Shown here piece after piece: positions 8,371 through 12,312 of a stretch of 12,312 nt of DNA; within the stretch, counting starts at the first letter, position 1, and every line of letters begins with the position of its first letter. Made by a program: the position numbers and the translations under genes. Below the pieces are notes generated by a model. That model saw only the letters and a program-made list of their open reading frames with translations, was not told the origin of the DNA and ran no database searches. The stretch is from Azolla caroliniana (Eukaryota > Plantae > Polypodiophyta). The DNA lies in NCBI GenBank assembly GCA_043228905.1, contig JBHGNT010001077.1, positions 1 through 12,312 on the forward strand, given 5' to 3'.

Positions 8371-9399
8371 ACGAATCGAGATCAAAACGACAAAATGCTA
8401 AACTCGTGCTGTTTTTTGTCATAAATTATAATTTTGTATCTCAAAAGTTAACTTTCAATTTTCTTCTTGGATAGCAAATTTGAAAGCATTTGAAACAACC
8501 AAGTAAATAAACAGCACTGCTCAAACAAAGTTTACTTATAAGAAATATTATACTTCAAAGATAGCACAAGGTTATAACCTACATTTAGAAGACAAAAATA
8601 TTGGATAAAACCCGAAGCTTAGTGAGAGCTGTATATTCCAATATAATTGTATGGCTTCTTTAAGGTTTAGATAGAAAATTGCTACATGAAATTTGCAAAA
8701 AATGAGGTAGTCAACTCAAATATTATCGCTTGAAACATAGGCATAGAAATAAATAACAGTAATTTTCAAAAACCTAACCAATTTCACCGAAAAAATATAA
8801 AAAAAAAAAAATATGCTTTATTGTCCAAAGAAGTAATTCTTGTTGACAAAGCCAACTAAACATAGCATCTTAAAATTACATGTTATGTCAATAAAGTACA
8901 AGTAATTTTTATATAAATACAAAGAATTTGGGAGAGATAAGATAGGTTGGTATTAACAAAATAAGTCAATTCTGTTTTGGATTGTTTACTATAAGATATA
9001 AAACTCTTATGTTTAATTTAGCAAAAAACTTATTTTAAAAAACTTTCCGTTGAGTTGGGAATGCAGCAACATAGACAACCGATAAGCTTTATTGCTAATG
9101 ACTAAATCGATAATAATTGTTCATTTGGCTTTACACAAAATTACAACTCAGCATTAATAGACAGGCGGGCGAGCCCGCAGTCGTTAAATGGACATTACGA
9201 ATGAACAGATCCTCACGATAAAAACCACGTTTTTCTATTAACTTACCTACCTTTATATGTACTTAAAAAAACATAATTAAGTCGACGATTATTGTAGTAG
9301 CATACCGTTGTTCTTTTAGGTAATAATAAATAAAAATAATACTATTAATTTCATAATACTATTGGCTTTTACGTGATGAAAGTCGATTGAAGTTCTTTT

Positions 9400-9589
9400 A
9401 ATAAATAAACCAATGTGATTTTGAGACCAGCTAATAAACATTAAATTAAATATGTGACATGTTTTGTTAAAACAGTAACTTCTTTAGACTGTAAGTCTGA
9501 AAAATCTACTGTGTTAACGAAACATGTCACATGTTTAATATAGTATTTATTATTTTGTTTGAAAAGGTAAGCACATTGTTTTATTTATT
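9400..9589. repeat. 190-bp imperfect palindrome/foldback (MITE-like)
   Basis: 9432-9477 versus 9507-9552 match 40/46 as inverted repeats. Outer arms 9400-9417 versus 9572-9589 match 17/18. Central mini-hairpin AGACT-GTA-AGTCT. Confidence 0.88.
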
Positions 9590-12312
9590 CAAATTATTAT
9601 TAATTTTCTTATTTTAATTAATTAATACAAAACATTTCGAACTTTTAAAAAGTACCAAAATAACATTACCAAATTATGGGATAAGCTCAAGAAAGAAATT
9701 AAATTATACATATAAACAAAATCAATTTGCGTTACACGTGATCAATGAGCTAATAATTGAAAGCCAAGCACAAAAGCGTGATATAAATCAAAGATATTCA
9801 AAATAATTTGGCTTTGTTATATAAAAACGGAGGTATACATTACGTATCTGCTTAGGTTGTTAATTTACTGTTGTTGGTCGGGAAATTAATTTACTGTCGG
9901 AAAACCCAGTCGCTTAATGTAATTTTTGGGACATAGGGAATTTAAAATCCGATATGATTTTGGCTTAAATCCATAATCAAAATGAATTAACTTTATTACT
10001 GTTGTAATTTTAATGTTTTTTAATATATAAATTTAATCGAATACTGAGTGCATACTTTTTTCTAATTTAGGTTTAAAATTGTAACTGACAACTTCTAATA
10101 TAAAAATCCTACTTGAACGAAAAGTAAGAAACTTAGGTGAAAATAGGGCATAAACATACTAAATATATTATACAAAAAAAAGTAACTTTGTAGGTGTTGA
10201 AATGTTAATAAAAGGTTTCTTAACTTTTAAAGTGTTCATACTAAAGTGATGATAAAATATGATATTTCTAGGACTATGCCTTCTATTTTCGCACCATCTA
10301 AATATTTTATTTCCGCTTTATACCACGTTTTTGAATTTGGATAATCAATACAAATTAACTAAATCCTTAAAGTGTTGTGAAAAAACATATTGTTTGTCGA
10401 AAACAACTTTAATAAATTATTAATTTAATCGACTATGTAAAGACCCATTGCAGAGATCTGATATATTTTGCATAATTTAACATTGATTAGCGTAATAGAT
10501 TAGTGTAGGCTAATTACTATTATGCTTGTTTAAACGATATTAAATAATTTATTCATCAATGCGTTAATCGTGAAGTTACGTGTAGATGCGCGCCGTTGTG
10601 GTAAGCGTTCGATTGTTATCAAAAATTCTGGACAACTAATGAAATGCCAATCAATGGACTATTATTAAAGTACTCAAGTTAATGAACGCCTAGGCGCTAG
10701 TGTTCTGATTATTTAAAAAAAAGTTAAATAAAATTATACTTTTTCAAATCTACACAACATATGTGCCTTGCCCAAAAATGTACATATATCAAACGGGTAG
10801 AGCTTTTGTAAAATATTTTAACTAACATAAAAGGTCTGTTTCAAACATCAAAAAACTTATTTTTATCATTTACATTAATACATTGATTTTTCAAAATGTA
10901 ACTATTAGGCATAGTGTAGATGGTAGTTATATTTTTATATTTATTATATATTAATTTATTATTCGTTAACCCAATGAAGTAATGTGTTAACACAACATGT
11001 AATATATCATAATATTACAGTTTTTGTTTGTATAAAATAGTTAACCCTTCTGTTATTTTTAATAATTTTAATGGCGATACTAATGTACACTTTAACATTT
11101 TATGAAGTTAGGTACTACTAATAATATTTATATTTTGGTTACTATTATACCAATTTACGCCAATTTTTTAAAAATAATTAGCCTCGGTATGATCATCTTT
11201 TGTAAAAGTGTTAAAAATGTAAAGATACTTTTTGACAACTAGATTGATTTTTTTTAGAAATTCCGTATTAAGGGAATATTCCTTTATATTATAAAATATA
11301 GTTACCAACCCTCTATATACACATTGCTTCATTGTTAATATATTTAATTAAATGAGTTATTTAATGCAACCTATCCTGGGTCAGGCACAAAATCGACATT
11401 GGTTTTGTTTTTCTCTTTGAGAAAAAAAAATCCTTCCATTTTTAGTGTTGTGAGGATTTTCGGGTTTATAATCACGCTTCTAGTACGATTTTACGATACT
11501 ATAAGTCTGTTAACCTTATTTAACAAAGTTAAACTTATTGCTTTTCATCTAAAAAGAATATGGAAGTCTCACCGTGTAATACCAGCGGGAGGAATAATGA
11601 TATTTATATCTCCCTTTTCGAGAACAATATTTTTATTTTCGTGTCGGTTACATTACAACATCGGCTCGGGATGCTGCGCTGGCTTGGTTCGGGTCGAGGC
11701 CCTCCGAGAGCTAATGGAAGTTGTTTAAATAGAAAAGCGCATCGTTCTTCGTTCTGACTACGCTAATAGCTTTCGGAATGGAATGGAAAACAACTCTCAT
11801 CACGAGCCCGAAAACAACCCCTCGTTTTTACAATACCGAAAACGATAACGGTTCCCGGTGTCTGAGACTCATTCACCTTGGCGACATTTTTGTGATGTAG
11901 TTTTAAGTTCGGTTTATGGCAGCCAATTAATTTTATTTTTTTCATCGTCAGCTGTGTGTTTTAAATTAGCAAAAACGTTACCAGAAAAAATTCAATAAAC
12001 TGTTTGTACTTGAAGTAATTTATTTTCAAAGTATGTATTACTGTCCAACATTTTCAAAATATCAAGTATATCTAAAGCTAACCAAACCAATATTTTAGTG
12101 TATATAAATATTTAAATTTACATTATTATCAGAATTAAATATCCAGAAATATTAAAAATAATAAAAAGGAGTTTTTGTGTCAAACATAATTTTAAATTGC
12201 TGTATTGTTAAATATCATGATCTGGATTAACAAATACTATAAAAAATCACGCCAAACAACTTTAGTGTGTCCGGAATAAATACGTGTTATAAAAATCGGA
12301 TAAAATTGAGTT

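Larger units (their letters stand above)
5488..12312 (+). other. hth: Large hth intron downstream of the exon (3' end outside the window for the full-length isoform)
   Basis: Begins with a consensus GTAAGT donor. The next canonical exon (expected W-C..RREWSSP-like peptide) and the homeodomain exons were not found. Confidence 0.7.

Noticed and set aside
11399-11945. ORFs 11399..11728, 11560..11757 and 11763..11945 as further hth exons
   Set aside because: None resembles the expected downstream Hth peptides or the TALE homeodomain.
1-12312. Prokaryotic systems (CRISPR array, operons, rRNA/tRNA genes) or an alternative genetic code explaining stop-interrupted frames
   Set aside because: I saw no regularly spaced repeats, gene-dense organisation or structural RNA signatures. 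The spliceosomal hth exon shows insect nuclear DNA, so the interrupted frames are better explained by decay or chance.
12263-12312. TAGTGTGTCCGGAATAAA as the start of another mariner-type MITE
   Set aside because: Only a weak resemblance, and any partner end would lie outside the window.

Overview
AT-rich eukaryotic genomic DNA from an insect, possibly a beetle judging by the exon peptide. The window lies inside the homothorax (hth, Meis-class TALE homeobox) gene on the + strand. One 124-nt internal coding exon (5364-5487, RPPSSSLSYGGPVNDDVRSPGTPGPLSQPPASQQSLDASDP) sits between very long introns, and I could not find the neighbouring canonical hth exons. About 420 bp downstream is a ~1.33-kb internally deleted ISL2EU-like (PIF/Harbinger-related) DNA transposon (5910-7238). 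It has imperfect TIRs, an AT target-site duplication, and the decayed first exons of two convergent genes: a THAP-domain transposase on + and a SWIM/YqaJ-type protein on -. Both genes are preceded by the same perfect 18-bp CRE-containing motif, and the transposase side also has an E2F site. The introns further contain two long foldbacks (4163-4254, 9400-9589), several CpG-richer enhancer-like islands, candidate recursive splice sites, and a candidate alternative terminal exon (8354 onward) that would give a homeodomain-less Hth. Family assignments are from recall of the protein families, not from database searches. Most listed ORFs are spurious.
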